The notes: generated by a model not told the origin, from the sequence alone. DNA of 64,000 nt from an uncultured Clostridia bacterium (GCA_947625145.1 CANQNC010000004.1:11107-75106), one strand, 5' to 3'; positions 41,841 to 52,694 are shown, counted from the first letter of the stretch. Translations and numbers: made by a program.

Positions 41841-44800
41841 TCAGCCTTTGAAATATTTCACCGCGCTCTCGAACAATTTCATGTCGTAAAGCCCGACGAC
41901 GTTTTTGTAAAGCCCTTTTCCCTTTCGTTCGGAGTGCCCCATTTTGCCGAAGATCCTGCCGTCCGGGGACAGTATGCCCTCCACCGCCATGGCGCTGCCG
42001 TTCGGATTGAAGCGGATGTCGTAGGTGGGTCGGTCGTCAAGGTCCACGTACTGCGTCATGATCTGTCCGTTTTGCGCAAGAGCCTCAAGCTCCCGCTCCG
42101 AGCAGATGAACTTGCCCTCGCCGTGCGAGATGGGCACGGAAAACACGTCGCCCACGTTGACCGCCGCAAGCCACGGAGATTTGACGGACGCCACCCTCAC
42201 TCTGACTATGCGGGATTGATGCCTGCCGATGTCGTTGTAGGTGAGCGTAGGGCTGTCCGCCGCCGCGTCCACGATCTTGCCGTAGGGCACAAGCCCGAGT
42301 TTGACAAGCGCCTGAAAGCCGTTGCATATGCCGCCCATAAGCCCCTCGCGCTCGTCCATAAGCCGCCGTATCTCCTCGCGCATAAGCCCGCTTCTGAAAA
42401 ACGCGGTGATAAATTTGCCCGAGCCGTCCGGCTCATCTCCGCCCGAAAAGCCGCCCGGGATAAAGACCGCTTGACTTTGCCTCAGCTTTGCCGCAAACTC
42501 CTCCTGCGAGCGCGCGACGTCCTCCGCGCTGCCGTTGCGAATGACGTAAATTTCGGGCTTTGCGCCCGCGTCCTCAAACGCCTTTGCCGTGTCGTATTCG
42601 CAATTCGTCCCCGGGAAAACGGGTATCAGCACTTTGGGGCTTGCGAGGCGGGTATGACAGCAAAGCGCGCTCCGCTTGTCGCAACTTATCTTGGGCGCGT
42701 CCTGCCGTTTGGTTGGGATATTGCAGCTGTAAACAGGCTCCAGTTTGTCCTCGTACGCCGCCTGCAATTTGTCAAGAGGGATATCCTTGCCCTTATAGGT
42801 TAGGCTTGTCTTAGCGCAGGTGAAGCCGAGGGTCTCGCCGTCATGAGCGCCGTCGACAAGCTCCGCGACAAAGCCGCCGTACGCATAGCCGAACAGTTTG
42901 TCAAGCGGGACGTCCGCGTACTCGAAGCCTATCTTGTTGCCGAGGCACATTTTCAGCACGCACTCCGCGACTCCGCCGAAGCCCACCGCATAGACCGCGA
43001 CCGCCTTTTTGCTTTTGGTCAGCGCGCGCACCTTGCGCAAGACCCCAATCAAGGAGTCCGCAACGGGCAAGCCGTCCGCATATTCGGGCATGAACAGGGC
43101 GACTCTGTGCCCCGCCGCCTTAAATTCTCCGCCCAAGGCGTCGTCCGCTCTTCCCGTCGTGACCGCAAAGGAAACAAAGGTCGGGGGGACGTCCATATCG
43201 TCAAAACTTCCGCTCATGGAGTCTTTTCCGCCGATCGCCGCGATCTTCAGATCGCTCTGCGCCTTAAACGCGCCCAGCAACGCCGCGAGAGGCTGTCCCC
43301 AACGCTTGGGATCCTTGTAGGGTTTGAGAAAATACTCCTGAAAAGTGAGGTATATGTCTTTGAAATCCGCGCCCGAAGCTATGAGTTTGCACACGCTTTC
43401 CACCACCGCGAGATACGCGCCGTGATACGGACTGCGCTCGGCGACGTAGGGGTTGCCGCCCCACGCCATAAAGGAAGCCGCTTCTGTGTGTCCCTTTTCC
43501 ACCGAAACGAGTTGCACCATTGCCTGCGACGGCGTCATCTGATATTTTCCGCCGAAGGGCATAAGCACCGTGCCCGCGCCTATCGTGGAGTCGAAGCGCT
43601 CGGAAAGCCCCCGCTTTGAGCAAACGTTCAGATCGCTTGCAAGCGCAAACATACCCTCTTCGAAGTCGGTCGGGACGGGTCTTTGATATTCTTCCGCATG
43701 CGGGACAACAATGTCTATATGCTTCGGAGCGCCGTTTGAATTCAAAAATTCGCGGGAAACGTTGACGATCTCCTTCCCCCGCCACGTCATCCTGAGTCGC
43801 GCGCTGTCCGTGACTGTCGCAACGCAAGTCGCCTCGATGTTTTCGAGGTTTGCAAGCCGCACGAATTTTTCCGCGTCCTTTGCGTCCACCACGACCGCCA
43901 TACGCTCCTGCGATTCGGAAATGGCAAGTTCGGTGCCGTCCAACCCCTCGTACTTCTTCGGCACGAGGTCAAGATCTATGTCAAGGCCGTCGGCAAGCTC
44001 GCCTATCGCCACGGACACTCCCCCCGCGCCGAAATCGTTGCAACGCTTGATGAGGAGGGTCGCCTCCTTGTTTCTGAACAGCCTTTGCAGTTTGCGCTCT
44101 TCGGGCGCGTTGCCCTTTTGCACTTCCGCGCCGCACTCGTCGAGGGAATGACTTGTGTGCGATTTGCTCGAACCCGTCGCGCCGCCGCAGCCGTCCCTTC
44201 CCGTTCTGCCGCCGAGAAGTATCACCTTGTCCCCCGCGGTCGGAGTTTCCCGACGCACGTTTTCCGCGGGAGTTGCCGCGATCACCGCGCCTATCTCCAA
44301 CCTTTTTGCCACGTAGCCGTCGTGATACATCTCGTCAACCTGTCCCGTCGCAAGCCCGATCTGATTGCCGTAGGAGGAATATCCCGCCTGCGCGGTCGTC
44401 ACAAGTTTGCGCTGAGGAAGTTTGCCCTTGACGGTTTGACTTATGGGAGTCAGCGGATCCCCCGCGCCCGTCACGCGCATCGCGCCGTAAACGTAACTCC
44501 TGCCCGAAAGGGGATCGCGTATCGCTCCGCCGATGCAAGTCGCGGCGCCGCCGAAAGGTTCTATCTCGGTGGGATGGTTGTGGGTCTCGTTTTTGAAGAG
44601 GAGAAGCCAATCTTCCTCTTTGCCGTCGTGATCTATCTTGATTTTGACAGTACAGGCGTTGATCTCCTCGCTCTCGTCGAGCTTGTCGAGAAGTCCCCGC
44701 TTTTTGAGCAATTTTGCGGCTATGGTGCCAATGTCCATAAGGCTGACGGGCTTCCGCCTGTCAAGCTCCCGCCTTGCCGCAAGATATTCCTCGTACGCGC

Positions 44801-45527
44801 GCTCGAGCAATTCGTCCTCGAAGCGCACGCTGTCTATCTGCGTGAGGAAGGTGGTGTGGCGGCAATGATCCGACCAATACGTGTCTATCATTCTGATCTC
44901 GGTCAGAGTCGGATCGCGGCGCTCGGACGCAAAATAGTCGCGGCAGAATTTTATGTCGTCCGCGTCCATGGCAAGCCCGCGCTCGGCGATGAACGCTTTA
45001 AGCCCATCCTCGTCAAGCCGAGTGAAGCCGTCAAGCGTCTCAACGTCCTTTGGCGCCGTATAGCTGTCTTTGAGAGTTGCGGGAAGTTCAAAAGAGGCTT
45101 CTCTGCTCTCAACGGGGTTTAACACGTACTTTTTCAACTCATAAAACTCGTTTTCTGTGATTTCCCCGTAAACAAGATAGACCTTTGCGGTGCGTATCAC
45201 GGGGCGCCGTCCCATGGAAATTAGCTGTATACACTGCGCCGCCGAATCCGCCCTTTGGTCGAATTGCCCGGGCAGATATTCCACCGCAAACGCCCTCGCG
45301 CCCGTGGTATCGAGTTCAAACGAGGCGACGTCAAGTTGAGGCTCGGAAAATACCTTGTCTATGCACTCCTCAAACAGCGCGGCGTCAATATCCTCGACGT
45401 CGTAGCGGTTTATCACTCTCAGCCTGCTCGCGCCCTTTATCCCCAACAGCTCGCGGCAATCCGAAAGAAGGGTGCGCGCTTCGTTGTCAAAGCCCTCTTT
45501 TTTTTCCACAAAAACTCTGAAAACCAT
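41841..45527 (-). CDS. purL: phosphoribosylformylglycinamidine synthase (single-chain large PurL)
   Basis: 1228-aa ORF with AIR-synthase-like repeats plus a C-terminal glutaminase domain (GICNGFQAL). Confidence 0.93.
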   Translation of the reverse strand: MVFRVFVEKKEGFDNEARTLLSDCRELLGIKGASRLRVINRYDVEDIDAALFEECIDKVFSEPQLDVASFELDTTGARAFAVEYLPGQFDQRADSAAQCIQLISMGRRPVIRTAKVYLVYGEITENEFYELKKYVLNPVESREASFELPATLKDSYTAPKDVETLDGFTRLDEDGLKAFIAERGLAMDADDIKFCRDYFASERRDPTLTEIRMIDTYWSDHCRHTTFLTQIDSVRFEDELLERAYEEYLAARRELDRRKPVSLMDIGTIAAKLLKKRGLLDKLDESEEINACTVKIKIDHDGKEEDWLLLFKNETHNHPTEIEPFGGAATCIGGAIRDPLSGRSYVYGAMRVTGAGDPLTPISQTVKGKLPQRKLVTTAQAGYSSYGNQIGLATGQVDEMYHDGYVAKRLEIGAVIAATPAENVRRETPTAGDKVILLGGRTGRDGCGGATGSSKSHTSHSLDECGAEVQKGNAPEERKLQRLFRNKEATLLIKRCNDFGAGGVSVAIGELADGLDIDLDLVPKKYEGLDGTELAISESQERMAVVVDAKDAEKFVRLANLENIEATCVATVTDSARLRMTWRGKEIVNVSREFLNSNGAPKHIDIVVPHAEEYQRPVPTDFEEGMFALASDLNVCSKRGLSERFDSTIGAGTVLMPFGGKYQMTPSQAMVQLVSVEKGHTEAASFMAWGGNPYVAERSPYHGAYLAVVESVCKLIASGADFKDIYLTFQEYFLKPYKDPKRWGQPLAALLGAFKAQSDLKIAAIGGKDSMSGSFDDMDVPPTFVSFAVTTGRADDALGGEFKAAGHRVALFMPEYADGLPVADSLIGVLRKVRALTKSKKAVAVYAVGFGGVAECVLKMCLGNKIGFEYADVPLDKLFGYAYGGFVAELVDGAHDGETLGFTCAKTSLTYKGKDIPLDKLQAAYEDKLEPVYSCNIPTKRQDAPKISCDKRSALCCHTRLASPKVLIPVFPGTNCEYDTAKAFEDAGAKPEIYVIRNGSAEDVARSQEEFAAKLRQSQAVFIPGGFSGGDEPDGSGKFITAFFRSGLMREEIRRLMDEREGLMGGICNGFQALVKLGLVPYGKIVDAAADSPTLTYNDIGRHQSRIVRVRVASVKSPWLAAVNVGDVFSVPISHGEGKFICSERELEALAQNGQIMTQYVDLDDRPTYDIRFNPNGSAMAVEGILSPDGRIFGKMGHSERKGKGLYKNVVGLYDMKLFESAVKYFKG

Positions 45528-46802
45528 CTATACGTTCCCCCTTGCGGCAAGCGCACGCGCGCCTATGTCGTTGCGTTTGTAGGCGTTTTCGAAATGGATC
45601 TTGTTTGCAAGCGCATACGCGCGGTCTATCGCCTGCTCAAGCGTTTCCCCTCTTGCGACGGCGCCCAGCACTCGCCCGCCCGAAGTGACAAGTTTGTCCC
45701 CCTCGAGCTTCGCGCCCGCGATATATATCTCCTCTCCCTCCTGCGTTTTCGGAAGGGATATCTCGAAACCGCTCTTGTATTTCAAAGGATATCCCTCGCT
45801 TGCAAGCACCACGCAACACGCGCTGTCCGCGCTGAAACGCACGTCGAGGTCGCAAAGTCTGCCGTCGTGCGTCGCGAGCATGACCTCGAGCAGATCGCTT
45901 TCAAGCAGGGGCAAGACCACCTGCGTTTCGGGGTCGCCGAAGCGGCAATTGTATTCTATCACCTTGGGTCCGTCCTCGGTCAGCATAAGCCCGAAATACA
46001 GACAGCCCTTGAACGTCCTGCCCTCGCTGTTCATGGCGTCGATAGTGGGCAGGAATATCTCCCTCATACAGCGCTCGGCGATCGCGGGCGTGTAGTAGGG
46101 ATTGGGCGCGATCGTGCCCATGCCTCCCGTGTTCAAGCCCTCGTCGTTGTCGTGCGCGCGCTTGTGGTCCATAGACGACACCATAGGCACGACGGTCTTT
46201 CCGTCCGTAAAGGTCAGCACCGAGACTTCGGGTCCGCGCAAAAATTCCTCTATCAAGACCATATCCCCGCTCGCGCCGAAAATGCGATCGATCATCATGC
46301 TTTTGAGCGCGTCCTCCGCCTCTTCAAATGAATTGACGATAAGCGCGCCCTTGCCCAGCGCAAGCCCGTCCGCCTTGATCACCGCGGGATATGCAATGGA
46401 CGCGGCAAACTTTTTTGCCTCTTCAAAGTCGGAAAAGCTCTTCCCCTTTGCGGTGGGGATTCCGTACTTTTCCATCAGCTTTTTGCCAAAGACTTTGCTT
46501 CCTTCAATGACAGCCGCGTTTGCGGTGGGCCCGAAGCACGGGATCCACATCTCTTCCAGCGCGTCCACCATGCCCATCACAAGCGGATCGTCGGGAGTTA
46601 CGACGGCAAAATCCGGCTTGTGCTCCTTTGCAAAGCGCAAAACGCCTTCCATATCCGTCGCCTTGACGGGGAAACACTCCGCGTCCCGCGCTATGCCCCC
46701 GTTGCCGGGAAGCGCGTAGATCCTGCCCACTTTGTCGCTCTTTTTGAGCGCCTTTATGACGGCGTGCTCTCTTCCGCCGCCGCCGACGACCATAATATCC
46801 AT
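45528..46802 (-). CDS. purD: phosphoribosylamine--glycine ligase
   Basis: 424-aa ORF starting MDIMVVGGGGREHAV, with an ATP-grasp core. Confidence 0.93.
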   Translation of the reverse strand: MDIMVVGGGGREHAVIKALKKSDKVGRIYALPGNGGIARDAECFPVKATDMEGVLRFAKEHKPDFAVVTPDDPLVMGMVDALEEMWIPCFGPTANAAVIEGSKVFGKKLMEKYGIPTAKGKSFSDFEEAKKFAASIAYPAVIKADGLALGKGALIVNSFEEAEDALKSMMIDRIFGASGDMVLIEEFLRGPEVSVLTFTDGKTVVPMVSSMDHKRAHDNDEGLNTGGMGTIAPNPYYTPAIAERCMREIFLPTIDAMNSEGRTFKGCLYFGLMLTEDGPKVIEYNCRFGDPETQVVLPLLESDLLEVMLATHDGRLCDLDVRFSADSACCVVLASEGYPLKYKSGFEISLPKTQEGEEIYIAGAKLEGDKLVTSGGRVLGAVARGETLEQAIDRAYALANKIHFENAYKRNDIGARALAARGNV

Positions 46803-46840
46803 AACTCCTCCGAAAATGCTCTATGCCTGCCGCAAAGCCA

Positions 46841-48025
46841 TCAATGATGGAACAGCCTCATGCCCGTGAAGCACATGACCATTCCGTGCGAATTTGCCGC
46901 TTCTATCACAAGATCGTCCCTGACCGAGCCGCCCGGTTGAGCGACATAGCTCACGCCGCTTTTGAAAGCGCGCTCGATGTTGTCCGAAAACGGGAAAAAC
47001 GCGTCGCTGCCGAGGGAAACTCCCTTGATCTTTGACAGATATTCCGCCTTTTCTTCCCGCGTGAAGGGCTTGGGACGCACCGCAAAATACTGCCGCCATA
47101 CGCCCTCTCCCAGCACCTCTTCGCAATCGTCCGAAAGATAGAGGTCTATGATATTGTTCTTTTCGGGTCTGCCCACGCCCTCGGCAAATTTGAGTTCCAA
47201 CACTCTTTCATTCTGCCTCAAATGCCACAAGTCCGCCTTGCTTGCCGCAAGCCGCGTGCAATGTATGCGGGATTGTTGCCCCGCGCCCACGCCTATCGCC
47301 TGCCCGTCCGTCGCGAAGCAGACAGAGTTGGATTGCGTGTATTTCAGCGTGATGAGCGCGACGATCAGGTCCGTCGCCTTGTCGGCGGGAAGGGACTTGT
47401 TGTCCGTCACGATGTTGTCAAGCAGCGCCCTGTCTATCTTGAAGTTGTTTCTGCCCTGCTCAAACGTGACGCCGAAAACCTGCTTGCGCTCTATGGGTTC
47501 GGGGACGTAATTTGGGTCTATTTTGACGATGTTGTAGGCGCCCTTGCGCTTGCCCTTCAAAATTTCAAGCGCTTCTTTGGAATACGCGGGCGCGATTATG
47601 CCGTCCGACACCTCTCTTGCGATGATACGCGCCGTCACCTCGTCGCACTCCTCGGAAAGGGCTATCCAATCTCCGAAAGAGGACATCCTGTCCGTGCCTC
47701 TTGCCCTTGCGTACGCGCATGCGATGGGGGAATCGTCCAAGCCCTCTATGTCGTCCGCGAAGCAGGACTTTTTCAGCGCGTCGTCCAACTTCTTGCCGAC
47801 TGCGGCAGACGTGGGAGACACGTGCTTGAAGCTGGTCGCCGCCGCCATCCCCGTGCTGTTTGAAAGCTCCTTGACAAGCTGCCACGAGTTGAACGCGTCC
47901 AAAAAATTGATATAGCCGGGTCTGCCGTTGAGGATCTCGACGGGCAGTTCCCCGCCGTCCGACATGAAGATGCGCGCGGGCTTTTGGTTGGGATTGCATC
48001 CGTATTTAAGGGAAAATTCGTTCAT
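46841..48025 (-). CDS. purH: AICAR formyltransferase (PurH, transformylase domain only)
   Basis: ATG 48025 follows AGGAG. It begins MNEFSLKYGCNPNQKPARIF, the start of the AICARFT domain. At 394 aa it has no MGS-like IMP cyclohydrolase domain. Confidence 0.85.
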   Translation of the reverse strand: MNEFSLKYGCNPNQKPARIFMSDGGELPVEILNGRPGYINFLDAFNSWQLVKELSNSTGMAAATSFKHVSPTSAAVGKKLDDALKKSCFADDIEGLDDSPIACAYARARGTDRMSSFGDWIALSEECDEVTARIIAREVSDGIIAPAYSKEALEILKGKRKGAYNIVKIDPNYVPEPIERKQVFGVTFEQGRNNFKIDRALLDNIVTDNKSLPADKATDLIVALITLKYTQSNSVCFATDGQAIGVGAGQQSRIHCTRLAASKADLWHLRQNERVLELKFAEGVGRPEKNNIIDLYLSDDCEEVLGEGVWRQYFAVRPKPFTREEKAEYLSKIKGVSLGSDAFFPFSDNIERAFKSGVSYVAQPGGSVRDDLVIEAANSHGMVMCFTGMRLFHH

Positions 48026-48052
48026 AACAACTCCTGTGTGCGATTGCAAAAC

Positions 48053-48778
48053 TCAATCCGCATTTTTGTTTTTTACGATTTGTTTGACCTCTCCCGTCGC
48101 GAGGTTCGTATAGCGGCAGACGAGAGATATCTTGTTGTCGGGGTTCAGGCTGTTCCAAAGTTCGTCGCAAAGTTCCTCGCACGAAGCGGGCAATTTCACG
48201 CGCGTAGGCTCCCCCTCGAAGGAGGGCAACGGAGCGCCGTCTTTGAGATAAGTGTGGATGAAGTGCCCCACGCCGCTTACGGGTTCGTATGCATAGAAGA
48301 AGCGGTTGCACGCCTTGCCCTTTGAGTCCGCGCTCTTCAAAATCGACATTTCGTATGAGAAATCCTTGGCTCTTTTGCCGAAGTGCAAAATTGCGCTTAT
48401 GCGCGGAGTGAAGTTGGGCGCGTCGGGCTCGAAACGCCTTGTCATAAGCGCGTGACGGAAGCACTTGCCGTTTTGCAAAGCGTCCGCGATCGTATCCGTC
48501 TGATCCCCGTTTGTGACAACGACGTCTTTGCCGACGGTCCTCACCGCGGAGTAGATGATAAGAGAGGGATCCGTCACTTTGCTCTCGTCAAACGCCTGCG
48601 TCCTTATGCCGCCGTCAAATTCCACGAACACGCGATTGCGGCTGTTTTCGCTTCGTCCCATGATAAAGTACGCAAACACGGCGCACTTTCCGTCCGAACT
48701 CTTTCCGACGACTATGCCTCGTCCGGGATACGCGTTTGCTGTCAACAGTTTGCCCAAATTCTTTCTTCTCGGCGCCAT
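48053..48778 (-). CDS. purO: IMP cyclohydrolase, PurO (archaeal) type
   Basis: ATG 48778 follows AAGGAGAG. Motifs are YPGRGIVVGKSSDGKCAVFAYFIMGRSENSRNRVF. It sits between purN and purH. Confidence 0.7.
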   Translation of the reverse strand: MAPRRKNLGKLLTANAYPGRGIVVGKSSDGKCAVFAYFIMGRSENSRNRVFVEFDGGIRTQAFDESKVTDPSLIIYSAVRTVGKDVVVTNGDQTDTIADALQNGKCFRHALMTRRFEPDAPNFTPRISAILHFGKRAKDFSYEMSILKSADSKGKACNRFFYAYEPVSGVGHFIHTYLKDGAPLPSFEGEPTRVKLPASCEELCDELWNSLNPDNKISLVCRYTNLATGEVKQIVKNKNAD

Positions 48779-48844
48779 AAACTCTCCTTTTATGCCATAC
48801 GGCAAAATTGCAAATTCAAAAGTTCAACCGCATGTTTTGCGTGG

Positions 48845-49456
48845 TTAAACATTGTTTTTTGACAAAAGCGACTTGCACACCTTTTCTATCGCAAGCGGGT
48901 ATATGACCCACTCCGCATTCCTCATGACCCTAAGTTGCAAGCTCTCGGGCGTGTCTCCGTCAAGCACTTCGACCGCCTTTTGCGCAATGATGGGGCCGCC
49001 GTCGCACTCTTCGTTGACAAAATGCACCGTGGCTCCCGTGATCTTGACTCCCCGCGCAAGCGCCGCCTCGTGCACGTGCAAGCCGTACATTCCCACGCCG
49101 CAAAAGCTGGGGATGAGGGAGGGATGAATGTTGACTATCCTGCCCTCGAAGCGGGATATGAAGTTTGCCGAAAGCACGCTCATAAACCCCGCGAGCACGA
49201 CAAGCTGTATGCCGTTTTCTTCCAACAGTCCGAGCATGATCCGCTCCCGCTGTTCGCGCGGGATATCTTTTTTTGAAACGACGGCGCTTTTTATGCCGTT
49301 TGCGCTCGCGCGCTCAAGCGCGTATGCGGAGGGATTGTCGGATATGACAAGCTCTATCTGCCCGCTTGGCAGATCCCCCCTTCCGCTTGCGTCTATGATC
49401 GCTTGAAGATTTGTTCCGCCGCCCGAGCACAAAACGGCGATCCTGATTTTTGCCAT
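48845..49456 (-). CDS. purN: phosphoribosylglycinamide formyltransferase
   Basis: MAKIRIAVLCSGGGTNLQAII...NIHPSLIP... Confidence 0.9.
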   Translation of the reverse strand: MAKIRIAVLCSGGGTNLQAIIDASGRGDLPSGQIELVISDNPSAYALERASANGIKSAVVSKKDIPREQRERIMLGLLEENGIQLVVLAGFMSVLSANFISRFEGRIVNIHPSLIPSFCGVGMYGLHVHEAALARGVKITGATVHFVNEECDGGPIIAQKAVEVLDGDTPESLQLRVMRNAEWVIYPLAIEKVCKSLLSKNNV

Positions 49457-49464
49457 ATCTCCCC

Positions 49465-50502
49465 CTAGCACAGCGTGACGCCCTCGCCCTTTACAAGTTC
49501 GCCGATGACGTAGGCGTCCACTCCGTGTTCTCTCAGCGTTTCGAGCGCCGCGGGGACGTCCTCTTCCGAGACTATCACGCTCATGCCGACGCCCATGTTG
49601 AAGGTGTTGAACATGTCATGTTCGGAGATATCCCCTTCTTTTTGAATGAGTGAGAAGATGGGCGGGACTTTCAAGTTTTCCCGCTTTATCTTCACGCCCA
49701 AGCCCTGCCGTATGGACCTTGGCATATTCTCGTAAAATCCGCCGCCCGTGATGTGAGACGCGCCCAAACAGCGCACTCTCTTCATCAGCGCGAGCATGGG
49801 CTTGACGTATATCGCGGTTGGAGTGAGAAGAGCCTCGCCAAGCGACATGCCGCCAAGCTCGGCAACGGGAGCCGAAAGATCGCGACGTTCAACGTCAAAG
49901 ACCTTTCTGACAAGCGAATAGCCGTTGGAGTGCACGCCCGTGGAGGGAAGCGCTATCATGACGTCTCCCTCGTCCATAAGCGAATTGTCTATGATACGCG
50001 CTTTGTCCACTATGCCCACGGTGAAGCCCGCGAGGTCGTAGTCGTCGTCCGCCATGGTGCCGGGATGCTCCGCGGTCTCGCCGCCGACAAGAGCGCAACC
50101 CGCGCGCACGCAGCCCTCCGCCACGCCCGCAACAATATCCGCGATCTTTTCGGGGACTATGCGGCCGCAGGCGATATAATCCAAAAAGAACAGAGGCTTT
50201 GCCCCGCAACAAAGCACGTCGTTGACGCACATTGCGACGCAATCTATGCCTATCGTGTCGTGCTTGCCCACAAGCTGAGCAACGCGCAACTTTGTGCCCA
50301 CGCCGTCCGTGCCGCTGACAAGCACAGGCTCGCGCATGCCCTCGGCGTCAAGCGCAAACAGTCCTCCGAAGCCGCCGATGTCCGCTTTGCCGTCGGGCAT
50401 GGTCCTTGCCACATGCGCTTTCATAAGCTCCACCGCTTTGTAGCCCGCGGTGATGTCCACGCCCGCCTTTTTGTAGCTGTCCGAATAACTGCCTTTGTGC
50501 AT
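49465..50502 (-). CDS. purM: phosphoribosylformylglycinamidine cyclo-ligase (AIR synthetase)
   Basis: ATG 50502 follows GGAGG. It begins MHKGSYSDSYKKAGVDITAGYKAVELMK and contains GTDGVGTK. Confidence 0.92.
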   Translation of the reverse strand: MHKGSYSDSYKKAGVDITAGYKAVELMKAHVARTMPDGKADIGGFGGLFALDAEGMREPVLVSGTDGVGTKLRVAQLVGKHDTIGIDCVAMCVNDVLCCGAKPLFFLDYIACGRIVPEKIADIVAGVAEGCVRAGCALVGGETAEHPGTMADDDYDLAGFTVGIVDKARIIDNSLMDEGDVMIALPSTGVHSNGYSLVRKVFDVERRDLSAPVAELGGMSLGEALLTPTAIYVKPMLALMKRVRCLGASHITGGGFYENMPRSIRQGLGVKIKRENLKVPPIFSLIQKEGDISEHDMFNTFNMGVGMSVIVSEEDVPAALETLREHGVDAYVIGELVKGEGVTLC

Positions 50503-50503
50503 A

Positions 50504-51961
50504 TCATTCCTCCGAAGTCGTATTGAATTTGGGATTTTCGCTGATGGGATGCGTCCATCTTTCAAACCTGCTTTTGAGCGCCTCGGACGGGACGTCTGTG
50601 GGATAGTTGCCGTCAAAGCACGCCGAGCAGAAGCCGCTGCCGTCCCCGCCCGTGAGGAAAGCCGCCTTGTCAAGTTCGAGATAGCCGAGAGAGTCCGCCC
50701 CGATGATCTTTGCGATCTCCTCCACCGAATGGTGACAGGCGATCAGGTTTTCCCTCGAATCTATGTCCGTGCCGTAATAGCACGGGTTGAGGAAGGGAGG
50801 CGCGGACGAGAGCATATGCACCTCTTTTGCGCCCGCGTCCCTGAGCAGTTTGACTATGCGCCCGCATGTGGTGCCCCTGACGATGCTGTCGTCAACGAGG
50901 ATCACTCGCTTGCCCTTGATGGCGGAGGTGAGCACGTTCAGTTTTATGCGCACTCTGTCCTCTCTCGCCTTCTGCCCGGGCGCGATGAACGTCCTGCCGA
51001 TATACTTGTTTTTGATGAAGCCTATGCCGTACGGTATCCCTGACTCCTCCGCATAGCCGAACGCCGCGTCCAGCCCCGAATCGGGGACGCCCACGACGAT
51101 ATCCGCGTCGATCTTATACTGCTTTGCGAGAAATTTTCCCGCCTGTCTGCGCGCCTCGTGCACGGACTTGCCGTCTATGACGGAATCCGGCCTTGCAATA
51201 TACAAAAACTCGAACACGCACAGCGTTTTTTTGCCCCCGCAGTGGCTTACGTCCGAACGAACGCCGTCCTTTGTGAACACAAGCATCTCGCCCGGCTCGA
51301 CCTCGCGCACGTACGTCGCTCCTATCGCGTCAAGCGCGCAGGATTCGGAGGCGACAATGTAGGCGCCGTCGTCCCGCACGCCGTAGCACAAAGGTCTGAA
51401 TCCGTGCGGATCCCTCACCGCGATCAGCTTTGACGGGGACATGACGACCGCGGAATACGCGCCTTCGATTTTGTCCATAGCCGCCAAAACCGCGTCCTCC
51501 ATGGAAGAGGCGTTGACCCTCTCCTTGATGATGATATAGGACAAGACCTCGCTGTCCGACGTGGTGTGGAAAATGGAGCCGCCAAGCTCCAGCGCCTCCC
51601 TAAGCTCGGAGGCGTTTGTCAAATTGCCGTTGTGAGCAAGCGCCATATGCCCTTTGAGGTGGTTTACGACGATAGGCTGAGCGTTTTCCCTCGCGCCCGA
51701 GCCCGTGGTGGAATAGCGCACGTGGCCGATCGCCATATTGCCCTCTCCCAAGGTTTTGAGAGCGTCCGCGCTGAACACGTCGTTGACAAGTCCGACGTCC
51801 TTGTGCGTCCTGAAAACGCCGTCGTCGCTCACCACAATCCCCGCGGACTCCTGCCCCCTGTGCTGAAGGGCAAACAGCGCGTAGTATGCGGTGGAAGCCA
51901 CGTCCTGTCTTGACGGGGCGAAAATTCCGAAAACGCCGCATTCTTCATGAATTTGTGACAT
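50504..51961 (-). CDS. purF: amidophosphoribosyltransferase
   Basis: Start is ATG 51961: MSQIHEECGVFGI (propeptide plus catalytic Cys). It has a PRTase motif VILVDDSIVRGTT and C-terminal Fe-S Cys residues. Confidence 0.92.
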   Translation of the reverse strand: MSQIHEECGVFGIFAPSRQDVASTAYYALFALQHRGQESAGIVVSDDGVFRTHKDVGLVNDVFSADALKTLGEGNMAIGHVRYSTTGSGARENAQPIVVNHLKGHMALAHNGNLTNASELREALELGGSIFHTTSDSEVLSYIIIKERVNASSMEDAVLAAMDKIEGAYSAVVMSPSKLIAVRDPHGFRPLCYGVRDDGAYIVASESCALDAIGATYVREVEPGEMLVFTKDGVRSDVSHCGGKKTLCVFEFLYIARPDSVIDGKSVHEARRQAGKFLAKQYKIDADIVVGVPDSGLDAAFGYAEESGIPYGIGFIKNKYIGRTFIAPGQKAREDRVRIKLNVLTSAIKGKRVILVDDSIVRGTTCGRIVKLLRDAGAKEVHMLSSAPPFLNPCYYGTDIDSRENLIACHHSVEEIAKIIGADSLGYLELDKAAFLTGGDGSGFCSACFDGNYPTDVPSEALKSRFERWTHPISENPKFNTTSEE

Positions 51962-51980
51962 AATTGCTCCCGATAGCTCG

Positions 51981-52694
51981 TCAATGAGCCTGCGTAACGC
52001 GTTTGAAGATCTCTCTGTATGCGTCCTCAACTCCGCCAAGGTCCCTGCGGAAACGGTCCTTGTCCAGTTTCTCCCCCGTCTTCGCGTCCCAGAAGCGACA
52101 GGTGTCGGGAGAAATTTCGTCCGCGAGCACGATCTGTCCGTCCGCGGTTTTGCCGAACTCGAGTTTGAAGTCGACAAGTCTCACGCCGAGGGCGAGGAAA
52201 TACTCTTTCAGCACTTCGTTGACCTTGAAGGCGTACGATTTTATCAGCTCTATCTCCTCTTTTGTCGCAAGTTTGAGCGCAAGCGCGTGATATGTATTGA
52301 GAAGAGGGTCGCCAAGCTCGTCGTTTTTGTATGAAAACTCGATCGTCGGCTCGTCAAACACTATCCCCTCTTCCACGCCGTAGCGCTTTGCGAAGGATCC
52401 CGCCGAGACGTTGCGCACTATCACCTCGAGGGGAACAATTGAAACTCTCTTCACAAGGGTCTCCCTCTCGGACAGCTCTTCCACGAAGTGGGTGGGGACG
52501 CCGCGCTGTTCAAGCAGTTGCATCATCATATTGGTCATGCGGTTGTTGACGACACCCTTGCCCGCAATGGTGCCCTTTTTGAGCCCGTTGAAAGCGGTTG
52601 CGTCGTCCTTGTAGGACACTATGCAGAGGTTGGGATCCTCTGTGGAGTAAACCTTTTTTGCTTTGCCTTCATAGATTTGCTTGACTTTTTCCAT
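51981..52694 (-). CDS. purC: phosphoribosylaminoimidazole-succinocarboxamide synthase
   Basis: ATG 52694 follows AGGAG. It begins [22 protein letters not shown]. Confidence 0.92.
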   Translation of the reverse strand: MEKVKQIYEGKAKKVYSTEDPNLCIVSYKDDATAFNGLKKGTIAGKGVVNNRMTNMMMQLLEQRGVPTHFVEELSERETLVKRVSIVPLEVIVRNVSAGSFAKRYGVEEGIVFDEPTIEFSYKNDELGDPLLNTYHALALKLATKEEIELIKSYAFKVNEVLKEYFLALGVRLVDFKLEFGKTADGQIVLADEISPDTCRFWDAKTGEKLDKDRFRRDLGGVEDAYREIFKRVTQAH

